DNA of 64,000 bases, taken from the human T2T-CHM13v2.0 reference genome, Homo sapiens. The stretch lies in NCBI RefSeq assembly GCF_009914755.1, contig NC_060947.1. One strand, 5' to 3'. Below, one piece after another: positions 31,597-45,526 of the stretch. A program made the translations under genes and the position numbers. The notes beneath the pieces are model-generated. The model was not told the origin of the DNA, made no database searches, and saw only the letters and a program-made list of their open reading frames with translations. Positions within the stretch are counted from its first letter, which is position 1, and each line of letters begins with the position of its first letter.

Positions 31597-32744
31597 GTAG
31601 TCCATTCAACTTTTCAGTTATACGATCTCACCTATGTAGGTCATTTGTTTTCCTCTGTTTCTAGGGAGACTTCTGCCCACTCACTCTAACTCAGACTTTA
31701 TAAATTGGTCTTGTTTCAGGCCTACAGTGCTATCCTAGGAATCTCCTTTACTATTCTTCTAGGGTAGATCTAATGTCTTCCTCTTTTATGATTTATTATC
31801 TTATTTTGATGAATTATATCTGCAAGGAATGTTCTAAAAATGGGTTTTAGAAAGCCATACTTTCTGAGTTCTTATGTATCTGAAAAAATCTTTCTTCTAC
31901 TGTGAGGTTTGACTAATAGTGTCAATAAGATAAAATTCAAGTTTTCCATAGACCTTTGTATATATATCTTCATTGTAGTTTAGTTTCCAATGTTGTTGAC
32001 GGGAGGTCTGATGGCACTCTGATTCTTGTTCCTTTATAGGTGACCAATTCTCTATCTCTGAAAGCCTTTAGGATTTTCTCTTTATCTTTGTGGTTCTGAA
32101 ATCTCTCAGTAATGTCTGTGCAAAGGGGAGTCATTTTTCCTTCGTTTTTGAACACTAAATGGGCCCTTTTCATCTGAAGACTTATGTCCTTCCCACTCTG
32201 GAAAATTATTATTTATTTTATTCAGGAACAATTTCCTTCCTTCCATTTTCTCTATTCTCTTATTTTGGAATTCCATTTAGTCAGCTGTTGGACCTCCTGG
32301 TTGGAGTTTCTAAAAATCAATTTTGTTGAAATATTATTCAGCTACAGAAATATACACTTATTTTGTGTGCATTTTAGTGAGTTTTGACAAAATGTATATG
32401 CCCAGGTAACCACCACCACCACAGTCAAACTATAATGTATTTTTATGATCATAATTTTTTTCATGCATCTTTGCAGTTATTCTCCCCACCTCCAGCTCCA
32501 GTCAACAACTGATCTGCTTTCTGTCACTATAGATCGCTTTGACTTGAGGTCATATAAATGGGATTACATAATGTGTATCTGGCTACTTTTGTTTAGCTAA
32601 TTTTTAAAACAGTTGATCCATGTTGTTGCACATATCAAAAATGCATTGTTATTGCTGAGTAATAGTCTATTTAATGGAAGTACCAGAATTTATTTATCTG
32701 GATTGACTTTTTAAAATCTCAGAGTTTAGTAGCTCAGAGTATGT

Positions 32745-33290
32745 GCTCTGGAGCTCCTGAACTTTACCCTCCGGTATCACACTTGTGATTGTGTTATGTT
32801 ACTTGGCAAATGGGACTTTGAAGATGTCATTCGGACTACTAATCAGCTGACCTTAAGATAAAAATAAGTATTCAGGATTATTTGGTGGGTGGGGCAAATA
32901 TAATCACATGCACTTTTAAAAGCAGAAAAAAAAAGTCAGAATAATGTGGCAGAAAGGAAAGTTAGAGAGAATTAAAGTGTGAAAAGGATTCAATGTGCCT
33001 TTTCTGGCTTTGGAGATGGAGGGGAGCATGTATCAAGAAATGTGATCAATCTCTAGAAGGTGAAAATAATCCCAGGCTGACAACTAAAAAGAAAATGGAG
33101 ACTTCAGTCCTACAGTCTCAAGGGACTAAATTCTGCCAATTATATAAATGAGATTGGAAGCAGATTATTCCTAGAGCTTCATAATTATAGCCCAACTGAC
33201 CAACAGCTTGATTTCAGCTTTGAGAGACCCTAAGCAGTGGACCTAGATGGGTCCTGAGAACTGCCTGCCTCAGAGCAAGCATAATATTAA
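32745..33290 (+). mobile_element. MLT1D/E-like MaLR LTR
   Basis: gggactttgaagatgt...aatcagctgaccttaagata...gacttcagtcctaca...ctaaattctgccaa. Confidence 0.7.
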
Positions 33291-33949
33291 ATGGTGGACA
33301 TTGCTATTATCATTTTTGTTCTTTTGTATTCAACTTTCTGGGAAACTGTATCAAGTTTATCTTCTAATCTTCTTATTAAATGCAATATTTTGACAATTAT
33401 TTTATTTTTAGAATGCTTTTTTTGCTGTCTGACCATTCCCTTTCCATAACACCCTGTAAATCTTCTGTTTCTTGAATTATCTGGTTGCTAGCCTTTTAAA
33501 AAATTTGCATATTTTGTCTTTCTTATTCATATTGCATGCTTTTCTCAACACCCATTGACCTTTGGTTTTGCATTAATATTAAAAAAGTAATAGAAAAACT
33601 GACTGGAAACTCAAGGCATATGGGATTTGGGGCTTATCACCCGGCTGGCTTTGCCTTTGGTAAGTGAGCAGAGAGCTGCCATTAGGCAGGAGTCCTTTGA
33701 CATCTCCCAGTCCAGACCCTTTCTATGGTATTGGCAAACAGATAAGTTCCTACCTAAGCTGCAGCTGCCTCTGCACAAATTCTAAGCTGTGTTTTCCTCT
33801 GTCCTACAACAGCTGCCAATTTTTTTAAACTGCTGTCTTCCAGAAACTTGTTCTTTCTTATCCACTGATGGTCCTTTTTCTCGTCTTGTTGGTGTTGAAT
33901 ATTCATACCTATTTAATATTTTAATGATTTTAATTATAGAGCTAATTTT

Positions 33950-35900
33950 CATGGGCTTTCCAGATGCCCAGCCTACCATGTTGAACCAGATGCCCCCTGT
34001 CTGCCCTCAATCCCTCTTAACATGTGACCTTGCCTTTTCTTTCCCTGAGAAAATAAAGGCTTTCTGACTTGCTACTCTCAACTTCCAGCTCTTATAAATT
34101 TGCTTCCACACCCATACTCACCTCTTTTTCTCAGAAGAACAGATGTCTCTTATTTGTCCAGAAATAATCCTCTACCTCCATGCCCTTATACTTTTGGTCA
34201 TAAGAAAATTAGTAATTGGTGACTCTTTCCTTTAACATATCTTCTCAGAAAACAGACAAAATAAGCTGTGTAAAACAATGGTAAATTCACTCTGCTCTTC
34301 TTGGAGAGACTGTTCATGTCTCTTGCCTGTGATTTCAAATCTTTCCACCTGCCAATTTGAGTGATAGGAGAAAAGGTAGGCAGCCACTTAGTATTTATCA
34401 GGGGTAAAATACAGAAAGGAGTCAATTGCATCCATGAATGATGTGTCTATATATTTCTAGGTGCAGTCAAGCACAAAGCTTACTCCCACACTTCCAAGCC
34501 TACAATTAAAAATATATTAAAAATAAGGATATTTCTTTTACTTTAGCTTTGGTCTTCTATCTTACAGCTGCAATTTCCTCACATGGTTACACTTGGCATA
34601 TATCCTCATTACCACCTCTCTTTCTCACTCAATGTTTGTAGATTATTTGAAGTAATCCTGAGTAGAATAGAAGAAATCAAAATGTAAGGCAAGAGCATGT
34701 TTCAAGAAAGAGTAGAGGATCAATAGCATCAAACTATTCAGAGGTTGAGGAGGATGGAACTGAGAAAAAATGCCATCAAATTTGGTAACATGAGATCATT
34801 GGGGATCTCAGTGAGAATTGTTTCTAGAAGTTTTTTTAGATCAGAAGACCATAATGCAGGAGGCTGAGAATTAAAAGGCATGTTGAAAGCCTGAGATATA
34901 TCTAGATGAAAGAGAAAGGAAATGGGAGAAAGCAAGAGTCAAGAAGGAGGTTACCTCTAAAATGTGGATGATTGGAACATGTTTGTGGGCAGAGAATAAA
35001 AAGCCAGTAAAGAGAGGGCCAGGGTGTATGTGGAAGACCAAAGAAGAGGAAACCAGTCTTTTTCTGTCCTTAAATTTGGTCGTTTACCCACATTTCTATC
35101 TTTAGTCTTCTTTTTTATACCTACACACTCTGTCAAGTGTTTCAGCTATCATCATAGTTTTAATCACTATCTATCCATTAGTAAACCCTCCATCTTCAGC
35201 TCTAGCTTATACCTCACTCACAACTCTCAGTTCAACATTCTGGATTACTTATTGGGTATGGATGTATTGCTAGCCCTCAAAGTTAGTGAGTCTCAAAATA
35301 TACTTCCCTGTGCCTTCAGGTCTGTTATTTCCCTTGACTTCTCTTTCTGTGAAATATTCATTTTCCAGGTGCCACTGAGATAAATTCTGCATTTTCTTTG
35401 CTTTATTTATTTTCCTCATTCTCCTTATCCAGTCATTCTTCAGATCTTGTTAAGTTTCCCTTCACAGTGACTCTAAAAAATACTCCATTCTTTTATCTTC
35501 ATCTTCACTGCCCCTGCCATATAACAGCCTCTCGTAATTGCTCATATTTACTGTTGGCACCTCTGCCTCTAGTCTTATCCACCTTTATTTTATCCTCCAC
35601 ACAAGTATCAGTGCCTTCTTTCCTAAATACCACTTTCATCATACCACTGCCCTACTTTAATCCAACCATCCAACCAACCAACCAACTAACACCTACTGTG
35701 GTTCTCAGTACCTTTAGTAAAGTAAAAGTCAATTACTTATTTTGGCAGTCAAGGTCCTTCACAATCTTGTCCCTGACTTCCTTTAAAACTTTGTATTGTG
35801 TTCATCTCCAAAGGACCTCCTTCACTCCACCAATTTGAAATGGCCAAAATGCTCCATTTGCCATCTCTGTACTCATGCTGTCATCTAAATTGAAATGTAG
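33950..35900. mobile_element. Cluster of degraded L2 fragments, both orientations
   Basis: gaggttgaggaggatggaactgagaa...tttggtaacatgagatcattgg; pyrimidine-rich L2 ORF-like tracts. Confidence 0.55.
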
Positions 35901-36055
35901 TTCTTTCACTCATTCTTACCATTTATTGATATTCTTTCCATCCATTGCAGCCTAATATAACCCCCACTTGCTCCATCTACCCTTATGCCCAGTAACAATG
36001 TTAGGAATACAAGGCTGAATTCAATAACTTTTTTCCATTCTTCACCAAAAACTAT

Positions 36056-36428
36056 TGCAATAAGCTGAATGTTTGTGTACCCCTAAAATTCATGTGTCTA
36101 ACCCTAATCCCAATTGGATCATATTTGAAGGTAAGGCCAAACGAGAGGTAATTAGTTCATGAGGGTGGGGTGGGGCCCTTATGAATGAGATTATTGCCCT
36201 TATAATAAGAGGCCAGAGAACTAGCTCGCTCTCTTTCTGCCATGTGAGGAGGACACAAGGAAAAGTTGCCTCTCTGCATCCTGGAAGAGAGCCCACCCCA
36301 GAATCTGACCATGTTGGCACCCAGATCTCAGACTTTCAATCTCCAGAGCTGTGAGAAATAAATTTATGTTATTTATAAGCTCCCCAGTTTATGGTACTTT
36401 GTTTTAGCAGCCTGAACTGACTAAGACA
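36056..36428 (+). mobile_element. MLT1A-like MaLR solo LTR
   Basis: ctgaatgtttgtgtacccctaaaattcatgtg...agcagcctgaactgactaagaca. Confidence 0.85.
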
Positions 36429-36530
36429 ATGATCTATCTCATCTTCTAGAATCCCATAATGGCAACACTGTAAATTCCTTCAAGTATTATCTAGCCCAAG
36501 TTTCTCACTGTTTAGAAAATCAGGCCCTTG

Positions 36531-36914
36531 GGCTGGGGGTGGTGGCTGACTCTTGTAATCCCAACAATTTTTGAGTTCAAGGGAAGAGAATCATTTGAGG
36601 CCAGGTGTTCAAGATCAGCCTGGACAACACAGTGAGACATCATCCTTACAAAAATACAAAAATTAGCTGGATGTGGTGGTGTGTGCCTGTAGTCCCAGCT
36701 ACTGGGGAGGTTGAGGTGGGAGAATCACTTGAACCCAGGAGTTTGAGGCTGTAGTTAGATATGATCCAGCTACTGCACTCTAGCCTCAGTGACAGAGAAA
36801 GGCCTTACCTCTTGGAAGGAAGCAAGGAAGGAGGGAGGGAGGGAGGGAGGGAAGGAAGGAAGGAAGGAAGGAAGAAAGAAAGAAAGAAAGAGAAAGAGAA
36901 AGAAAGAAAGAAAG
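36531..36914 (+). mobile_element. AluJ with (GGAA/GGAG/GAAA)n tail at 36815-36914
   Basis: Dimeric Alu with AluJ-type gaacccaggagtttgaggctgtag. Confidence 0.88.
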
Positions 36915-38379
36915 ATGAAGTCCAGTGAGAAGTGTCCTGCAACAATAACACAGTAAATTGATGACTTAAGGTGTGTCTAGAATCCAGATCTCAAGCATCT
37001 TAAGCCACCAAGGCATTGGCCACTGCCCCAGCTGATTTCCCTATTATTTATCCTATGTTTCTTATGTGTTGCTGCCTTAGAGTGTAGATATAAAGTTGAT
37101 TCTCATATCCTGTTTAGTACTGAGTTTTAGGAGAGCAGGTGATATTTCCTCTACTCCTCTGAATTCCCCACAGCACTAAATCTATTGTTTTGGACAGAAT
37201 AGTCACTAAGCAAATATGTATTGATTGAACAACAAATAATACATCACAACCTGAGATAAACCATCAATTTCCACTGTCTCATTAACATATTCTACAGAGT
37301 AAAATTAGTAATAACCTTGGGTCCTTGAGCAGTTACGATAACAAAGCACAATACTCCAATATAGGCAGGAAAACTTGAAGACTCAATGTATATTTGATAA
37401 AATATTTGAACAGCAGAGCTGGAATTTCCCCTTGAAGGTCATCTTACATAGCAGTCTCCTCCTTTCCCACATTTTTACTGATGGGAAAATTGAGATTCAC
37501 AGAGTGACAAAACTTCCCCAAAATGTGCATAAATGCACAGTAAATTAATGATGTCGTTACTAGCAGAATTAAATCTCCAAATTCCTGGGCCAAATTTTCC
37601 ATAACCCAAAAGAGCAGGTTGCACACTATAATGATTATATAGTTAAAGACATGGGGTTTAGAGTCTGACTCACCTGGCTCTGCCACTTGATTAAGTTAAT
37701 TAACCTAATTGAGTAAGCCTGAATTTCTTTATTTTCAGTAATAAGCCTGCTTGTGGAGCTCTGAGGCCAATTGAGAAGTCAGCACTCTCTATATAGTCTG
37801 TAGTGCTGCCTATATCATGCCTTTAGTCTGTGTCTTCTGAATCGGATGGAGAAGATCCAACCACTAGCTTCAGCCCAAGACCATACAGGCTCCTGAAAAC
37901 ACTAAGAGTAACATATGGCCCATACTGTGTCGTACTTACTTTGAGACACTAGAGAATAGGTATTGAAGTAATAGGACAGCACCCTTAGGAGTTGTCACTC
38001 CTCCATGACATACCTATTATGAAATTGTCAACAATGCCACTGAAAGTCGCTGAGTAGAGGATGACATCTTGTCTCCAAGGTACTTAATTAGAGCTGCTTA
38101 ATGCTAGGATAGCTAGAGGGACTCTAACGCCTTACTGTAGGGAAGGTAGAGAACAGTCTTCCAGAATAAAATATTTAGCATCAACCTTTGAGTAGCTGTG
38201 GCTACAGGGACAGAGCTGCTTGGAGAAAGCTATGACCTCCAAGTAGAACTCTGTAGGGTTCTACCTCTAAGTAGAGTTCAGACAGAGCAGGGCTGGGTCC
38301 TTAGACACCAGAGACACTTTTAAAAAGTCATGAAAGGTCAAGTCTGCTGGGAAGCATGGGAGGCAAGAGAGAAATTTCT

Positions 38380-38880
38380 TCTGTCTCTGATTTCTATACT
38401 TTCTTGTAAAAGACTCCTCCGATTAGATCAGACCCACCCAGAATAATTTCTCTTTTGAGTAACTCAAAGTCAAACTGATTGACGACTTTAGTACATCTAC
38501 AAAGTGTATTTTTTCATCTTTACCATATAACATAACCTAATCACGGTTGTGACACACATCATATTCACAGATTCTGCCCACACTCAAGGAGAGGGATTAT
38601 ATAGCAATTGGTAGAAATATTGGAGACCATCTTCGAGTTTTGCCAACCATAGTCTTCCCTCTGGCCACCAATGACTCACATCCCTTCTAAGTGCAAAATG
38701 CATTCACCATGTTCCTACGAGTTTCATCCCATCGTAGCATCAGCCTGGTGTCTCATCATCTAAATCTAAGTTTTATCCACTTGTCAGCTGAAAATCCAAA
38801 ATCTCATCTAAATCTCGTCAGCTAAGAGATCAAAATCTCATCATCTAAATTATGTATATTAGGTACAGATGGGGCTTCCT
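38380..38880 (-). mobile_element. MLT1E/F-like LTR part plus adjoining MaLR internal sequence
   Basis: gattagatcagacccacccaga...gcccacactcaaggagagggatta...gccaaccata, then gtcttccctctggcc. Confidence 0.6.
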
Positions 38881-40318
38881 TTCCATCTGTTGAGTTCTTT
38901 ACACACATTATTATATTTAATTCTCAAGACAATCCTCTGAATAAATTTTCATCATCTTCATCTTATAGATAAGGAAACTGGAGCATTGAGAAGTTAACTA
39001 ACTTACCTACAGTCATTTAGAGATTAAGTTTCAAAGCTAAATCTTGAACCCAGCTATTTGCAAGTTTGCTAACTATACTAATCTCCAAAGAATAATTTTC
39101 TGAAGCCCTCTTGGCAAATAGGGGCTCTTAAATGATCATTCACATCCACAGTAGCCAAGCTTTGGAGGCCATTAAGATTCTCACACTGGAGCGCTAAGTA
39201 TCAGATAGCATTACTAACATCTTAGAATTGATTATTTTGCCAGGATATATTCCAGTGGCATAGGTGAGCATTGGGTTAGGGAAAAGTATGAATTAACGAG
39301 AGGAATGAAAAAATGTTAGTAACCCCAATTACATGATACAAGAAGAAAAAAAGCGGATGAGAAATAGATATGTGCTGGCTTCGGTCCTGTCATGACTTCT
39401 TATGACTTTGGGCAAAAAGCTTTTTTCTTTTTGAGCCTCAGTTTCTTTTTATGTAAAATGAGGAAGATACGTTTGAATGCTAGATGATCTCTAGGTCACT
39501 TACAAAAGCCTGTAATTCTAACAAGAGGAGCAACCAACAATGCAGGTAAATGTCATGATTTGGCATTTGATAGAGAAAAGAGACATGGCTATTTGAATTC
39601 CATGACATTGTTCTTAAACAGAAAATGCTTAAGCATATGGACAACCATAGCTTTGACTTCAGAATATGTGATGGAATCCTACAAAATATTGCAAGGGTAA
39701 ATCCCAGTACCTTTGAGGAACAAAAGTGATACTTGAGCCATCGATGATCATTATTCAGGCCACTATATTTCTGAAAAACAGGGTCATGAGGAGTGGTGAA
39801 CAAAATGAATGAATCTCCATGAGAAGTGGATATATCCTGGAGTGATCAGGTTGAGGAATACCAGAGCCCCTGAATGCTTGGGCAGATGAGAGGGAGTTGT
39901 GTGCATTTGAATACTAGGTTAAATTGGAAGAAATGCCTCCCTGTCATCACTATACCTATCCAAAATAACCATTCACATCATGCAATTCCCTTCTCTCCAC
40001 TCACAAAACTCTAAAACCTGTTTTCATTCATTCCACAAATACTGATAATACAACTCCTTTGTGCTGGGCACTATGGGAGCATATAACAATTTATAAGATA
40101 TAGTCTAGAGCCAAATTATTTATTATGATATCAGTCCTTTGATGTTCCACAAATTATCTAAGACATTATTCATCCTTCAAGGTTGAGGTCTATTGTTGCC
40201 TCTTCCATGAATTTTTTCTCTGGTAAGTGGTGCTGGCTGCCTTTCCTCTTCCCTTACTGCCCCTTCCTTCCCCTCCTTTACCCTCTCTTTTCAGCTCTTT
40301 CTGTGACTTCTTCATATA

Positions 40319-41405
40319 GAGTAGTCCCCGCTTATCCACAAGGGATAAGTTCTAATATCTCCAGTGGTTGCCTGAAACCGTGGATAATACTGATGTCTAT
40401 ATATGCATTGCCATACAGTACCAGAGTTAATTTGCCCTTCCACGTTTTATGCCCTGGTGCCTCCTTTGCACTTTTATGAATGTTAAGTGCTGTTGGGCAT
40501 CTTCATCGCAATTGAAACCTTGCTTTGCGTGGTATCCTTTCTCCTTAATCAACTTCTTCAACTCAGCCAAATGTGGCAGCAGATTCTTTGTTGGCAGATG
40601 CAGCCTCTCCAGTAAATTATGTCTTTTTCAGGCCAAATCTATTCCTGAATCTGCGTAACCATCCTTTACTTGCCATAAATGGCTTGGTGTCACTAGTTTT
40701 GGGAAATCCCTTGCTGAAGTCTTCATATAAGCTCAATGCTTTCTGGTGCAACATGTTGCTGTCAATCAGAACATGCTTCTATTCATGGCTTCCACCTACA
40801 AATGTAATGTCTATTCCACCTGAACTAAGCACTTATCATGCACTATGGCAGTAACTTTTTAAGTTTAGGGTGACACAGCAAAACTAACACAAATTTATTT
40901 TTCCTTCTTCACAATTTCACGGACAGAATATTTGTTCTTACCATAAATCTTAGCAACCTCAGCGTATATCTTTTTTCTTTCTTTATTAAGTTGAGAAATT
41001 TCACCTTTTCACTTAAAGGGAGGAATTTATGGCTTCTCTTTGGCACACCCAAATGGCTAGCATCACTCCTTTTGCACTTCAGGGCCCTTATGAAGTAAAA
41101 TAAGGGTTACTTCAACACAAGTACTGCGATACCTGCACACTCAATGTGATAATCAAGAAAGATATTAAGTGACTGATGGGCAGGTAGCATCTACAGCAAG
41201 TATCCGCTGGATGATGGGATGATTCACATCCCAGGCAGGACAGAGTAGAACAGTGTGAGATTTCATAATGTTACTCAGAATGTTGTGCAACTTAAAACTC
41301 ATGAATTGTTTATTTCTAGAATTCTCCATTTAATATTTCCAGACTGCAGGCGACTGTGGGTAACTAACCCACTTAGAGTGAAACTACAGATGGAGGAGAC
41401 TACTG
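40319..41405. mobile_element. Tigger7/MER44-family DNA transposon, internally deleted, with a transposase remnant on minus
   Basis: TIR-like ends agtagtccccgcttatcc / gatggaggagactactg flanked by TA. Minus-strand translation near 40490-40680 gives FTASKGWLRRFRNR, TGEAASA and KGY...FNCDE. Confidence 0.8.
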
Positions 41406-41407
41406 TA

Positions 41408-42108
41408 TTTTGGGACCTAGAAAACCATACCCCAAAGTATGGCACTTTGGCATGCTGAGTATTTTGCATTAAAGGAGTATTTTGCATTAAAGGATGTTGG
41501 AAGGCCTCAATAGCAGTCTCAGAACAAAGATCTCTCGGACTGTCTCTTGGCCTCTTGTCTCCTGCCCCTCATTCTCCCCTGAAGCAAGTCATAGACACCT
41601 GAATTCCTTTTCCTGAAGGTGGGTCATAGAAACTAGAATCCCTTTTCCCCAAAGCCAGCCATAAAAACAAAATTATTATTCTAACATTCTCCTACCTTTC
41701 TAAGAGCTGGCCATAAAGAAATTCTCTGACCTACCCTAGTCTGATTATAGGTCATAAGACCCTCATTCCAGAAAGGTCTTGCCACATACACAGGAGAAAG
41801 AAATGTTTCAATCCAGAGACCGAGGAGAATCTGAACAAACTGACCTTGCTGTGTTTCACCTCTCGGTTTACTAGCATTCGATCATATCATTTTCTTCCCA
41901 ATTATATTTCTACACAGCTGTCCGTTCTTCATTGAACCTAAGCATAAAAATGGATAGTTTTCCCTGTATCTTTGGGTCTTCATTCTGAAGACTCCCATGT
42001 CACATAAAACTGGCTAAATAATTACGTCATGCTTTTATCTTTTTCACCTGTATTTTGTTATAGGAATGCCATCCATGAGCCTTATGATCATATCTTTCCA
42101 CCCCTACA
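41408..42108 (+). mobile_element. ERV1-class solo LTR (MER31-like)
   Basis: agaaaaccataccccaaagtatggcactttggcatgctgag...gggtcttcattctgaagactcccatgtcacataaaact...cccctaca. Confidence 0.7.
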
Positions 42109-44149
42109 GTGTAATACTTGGCACTACCTATCTTATGCTCTAGATCGTGTACATAAGTGTGATCTCCACTAGTAGTCTGTGACAAACTTGAGAAGGGAGT
42201 ATGTTATGTTTATCACACAGTAGGTGCTCAGTGCTGCAAGATATTTCTGAGGCTGACCTTTAAGGCATTATTCAGAATAATAATCACTATCATTACTGTT
42301 TAAGGTATGGTGCTGAAGGTGCTGAACATTTTACATTCATTATCTTATTTAATCTTCATCATAATTGTACAAGCTAAATTGGGCTATTAAAATAATGCAG
42401 TTCCTATAAGAATCCAGGTCTGCCTGATTCTCAAACCTGTTTAAATACCATGCTAATTTATCTCCCAGAGTATTGAGTATTGCCCTGTCATTCTTTACAG
42501 CTGCTATAAATACAGTGTCAGTTAAAATATAGGTCTTCCTAGCCTTGTTTAGTTCCGGCAAATACTGAAATAAATTTGCATTCATTAAGCCCACACTAAC
42601 TACTAGTTCGGGTATGGAAGAGGGGGAGTGGAGAAAAGTAGGATGAAAACAATCCTGAAAGGTAGTGGGACAATATACCATTGCAGGGAAAATGATCTTC
42701 CAGGGTCCCCAGAATCATCAAATCCTGAGGTAACAGAAGAAAAGAAAACAGCCAATGACAAAATGATTACATTTTGTCCAACCACATGCTTGGAGATTGT
42801 TTTTTATGAAAGAGCAGAAGAGGGAAAGCCCTTAACCAATATGCTCAGCTTCCTTGACTACTAAAGGGAAAGCCAGAGGGTCTCAGTTCCCTGAACCTTA
42901 CCCCACAAATCTCTATCACCTGCAGTAGGAACCAGCCAAGACCAGCATTGGCTCCCCCAAAGAAAGTGGCACCCCAGTGACAGACTTCATTTGACACTTA
43001 AAGATTTTTATCAGGTTTGTGACACATGCATGAATTTTTGACAAAAGATGTAAAAATATTTTCTAAAATCCAACCATTACTTGTTAACAAAAAGCACAGA
43101 GCAGCTTTTTGAACAAACACCACAGTGACCCTTCCATATGAGCACTCTTTCTTATGCAGGAAAAAATGGATTCTTTCTCCATATATTTACAGCAGGAGTA
43201 AACTTAGGACTTTACAAAATCCATCTATAAATCACATTTTAATGCCGCATATCAGATACAAATTAGATCCTCTCCCAGTTTTCTTAATAGTTTATATTAC
43301 AATCACTTTTCCTTGCTCATATTTTATATGAACAATTTTTAATTTGTCTGTAGGGCTGTTTTCAATAAATCATTTGATGGTGCTCAGCTTGCATTTCCCA
43401 GCATTCTATGTGCTCACATACTCAGCTAGTTCTGGAACTACCCAAGATTATTTTTCAATCCTAGGCACTTGGAGGACAGTAAGGAGCTCCCTCTTCAAAT
43501 GCATTTTATCAGCTGCAAAACAGATAAACCACCATATAATGCATTGTTAATATGTAAAGATGTATGTGCACAGACTTTGATTGTGTAATCAAACTGTGGG
43601 AGGTGAAGGGTAAACCTTGGGGAAAGTATTTTCCATTTGTCAGAGATGCTGAAAGATGGAAGGTGCTGATAGGGTTTTGGCTTTGTCAAGACCTTTAGAA
43701 ATTCACATTCTCCAGAGTGTAAAATTTAGCTCTACAAAGAGGAAGAGGCTTTGTCCTTTCTGAATGATTCTGCTGGCTTTTCAGAGGTACAAGCAAACTG
43801 AACACCGCAGGGGATCAGGAGAAAATGCCACTGAAAGGAATGAAAATGTTCAACTGAGACACTCAAACTTCACTGTTCTGGAAGAAGGCATACTGCCCTG
43901 AGAGTGGGGAGGGTCATAGTCATATTTATCCTCATTCCAAAATGCAGGTACCCAGAAACCAGATATAGTCCCTTCATTAAAGCTGGTATCCTGTGCTCAC
44001 TTAACAGGCTTGGAGTTGAGGACAGTTGAAGTAGAGGTACATTGCGCATGTGGAAAGGCAGACACGGGGCAGAGATTCAGAGAGGCAGTAAGGTCAATAT
44101 ATTTTTCAGCATTTTCCAGGTCCGGCCTAAGGTCAGTGTCTAGAACTGG

Positions 44150-44390
44150 ACACTGACTATGGTTAAAACCACGTCTTCATAGTCATACAGACCTAGATTT
44201 AAATCCTAGTCTAGAAACAAAGTATGACTTTGGGCAAGTTATTTAAACTCTCTCCTTCTCAATTACATCATCTTATAACAGGCATAATTATAGCCGTTAC
44301 CTCCTAGGGTTTTAGTGGTGAGTTAGTTAAGATAAGGTGATTAGAACAGTACATAGCCCAGGGTGAGTGCTCAATAAATAGTGGCCATTA
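44150..44390 (+). mobile_element. MIR
   Basis: tgactttgggcaagttatttaa...gagtgctcaataaatagt. Confidence 0.7.
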
Positions 44391-44759
44391 TATAAATTAG
44401 ACTTTAGGGAAGGACAGGCAAGGAGGGATCTAGAGCTGGAGAACATGGCTAACCAGACACCAGGCAGATCAATGTTCGATCTGAGAGCTTTAGTTCAGTT
44501 TCTAGAACTTTGTCATCAGATTAGAGTAAGATTTTATGCTGAAGTATCTGACATGTTTAACCAGGACTACCAGAATACTCCGTATTATTTGGTAATGATT
44601 TTCTGGCCTTGCTGAGTTGAGGGGTAGGGTGAGAACTCAGCTCGTCCAGCTATAGAGAGAAGGAATCCAGAGGGGCAGAGCACTAGACACCTCGCCATCT
44701 TTGCAGCAGCCAAAATATTGGCAGGGACACTTCGATCCCCTCATATTTCTCATTCTCAA

Positions 44760-45105
44760 ATCACCTCATCCAAGCCGTCATGAACTTTTGCCTGAATTAT
44801 AGCATTGGCTTCCTAACCGGTGTTCCTGTTTCCACCTTTGCTTCCTTTCCTCCAAATCTCTTCTCAAAATGCACACATAGTAATCTTGCTAAGCAATGAT
44901 TCTCAGCCGATAACACACAGATTAGAATAACTTGAGGAAGTTTTAAAAATACCTTATTCCAAAAACTTGAATCAGACCCTTTGGTGTAACATTTTACTTC
45001 ATTGCTCATACCCTTTGGTATCTTTCTTTCTCACTCAGAGTAAAAGACAACTCCTTAGAAGGGTCTGTATAATCAGGTGGTTGCCTGTTTTTCTGACTTA
45101 ATCCC
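44760..45105 (+). mobile_element. L2 (left part; target of the HERV-H composite)
   Basis: tcactcagagtaaaagacaactcctt...; continues after 56785 as ctcctactttcctccgttctcactgtg. Confidence 0.65.
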
Positions 45106-45506
45106 TGTCAGACCTCTGAGCCCAAGCTAAGCCATCATATCCCCTGTGACATGCACATACACATCCAGATGGCCGGTGCCTGCCTTAACTGATGACATTC
45201 CACCACAAAAGAAATGAAAATGGCCTGTTCCTGCCTTAACTGATGACATTGTCTTGTGAAATTCCTTCTCCTGGCTCAAAAGCTCCCCTACTGAGCACCT
45301 TGTGACCCCCACTCTGCCCGCCAGAGAAAAACCCCCCTTTGACTGTAATTTTCCTTTATCTACCCAAATCCTATAAAATGGCCCCACCCTTATCTCCCTT
45401 CGTTGACTCTCTTTTTGGACTCAGCCCACCTGCACCCAGGTGATTAAAAGCTTTATTGCTCACACAAAGCCTGTTTGGTGGTCTCTTCACACGGACACGC
45501 ATGAGA
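45106..45506 (+). promoter_or_regulatory. LTR7 5' LTR of provirus A
   Basis: tgtcagacctctgagcccaagctaagcc start; TATA (tataaaa 45372-45378); ACAAAAGA at 45205-45212. Confidence 0.93.
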
Positions 45507-45508
45507 TT

Positions 45509-45526
45509 TGGTGCCGTGACTCAGAT
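45509..45526 (+). other. Primer-binding site, tRNA-His
   Basis: tggtgccgtgactcagat is complementary to the tRNA-His 3' end (one mismatch). Confidence 0.93.

Larger units (their letters stand above)
30450..33700 (-). mobile_element. Fragmented ancient L1M/HAL1-like element(s), interrupted by younger insertions
   Basis: ORF 31970-32173 (KEKILKAFRDRELVTYKGTRIRVPSDL) resembles the L1 ORF1p C-terminal half; T-rich antisense L1-like flanks. Confidence 0.6.

Noticed and set aside
38745-38850. Repeated tctcatc(atc)taaat words
   Set aside because: Lies in presumed MaLR internal sequence and is likely inherited from the element.
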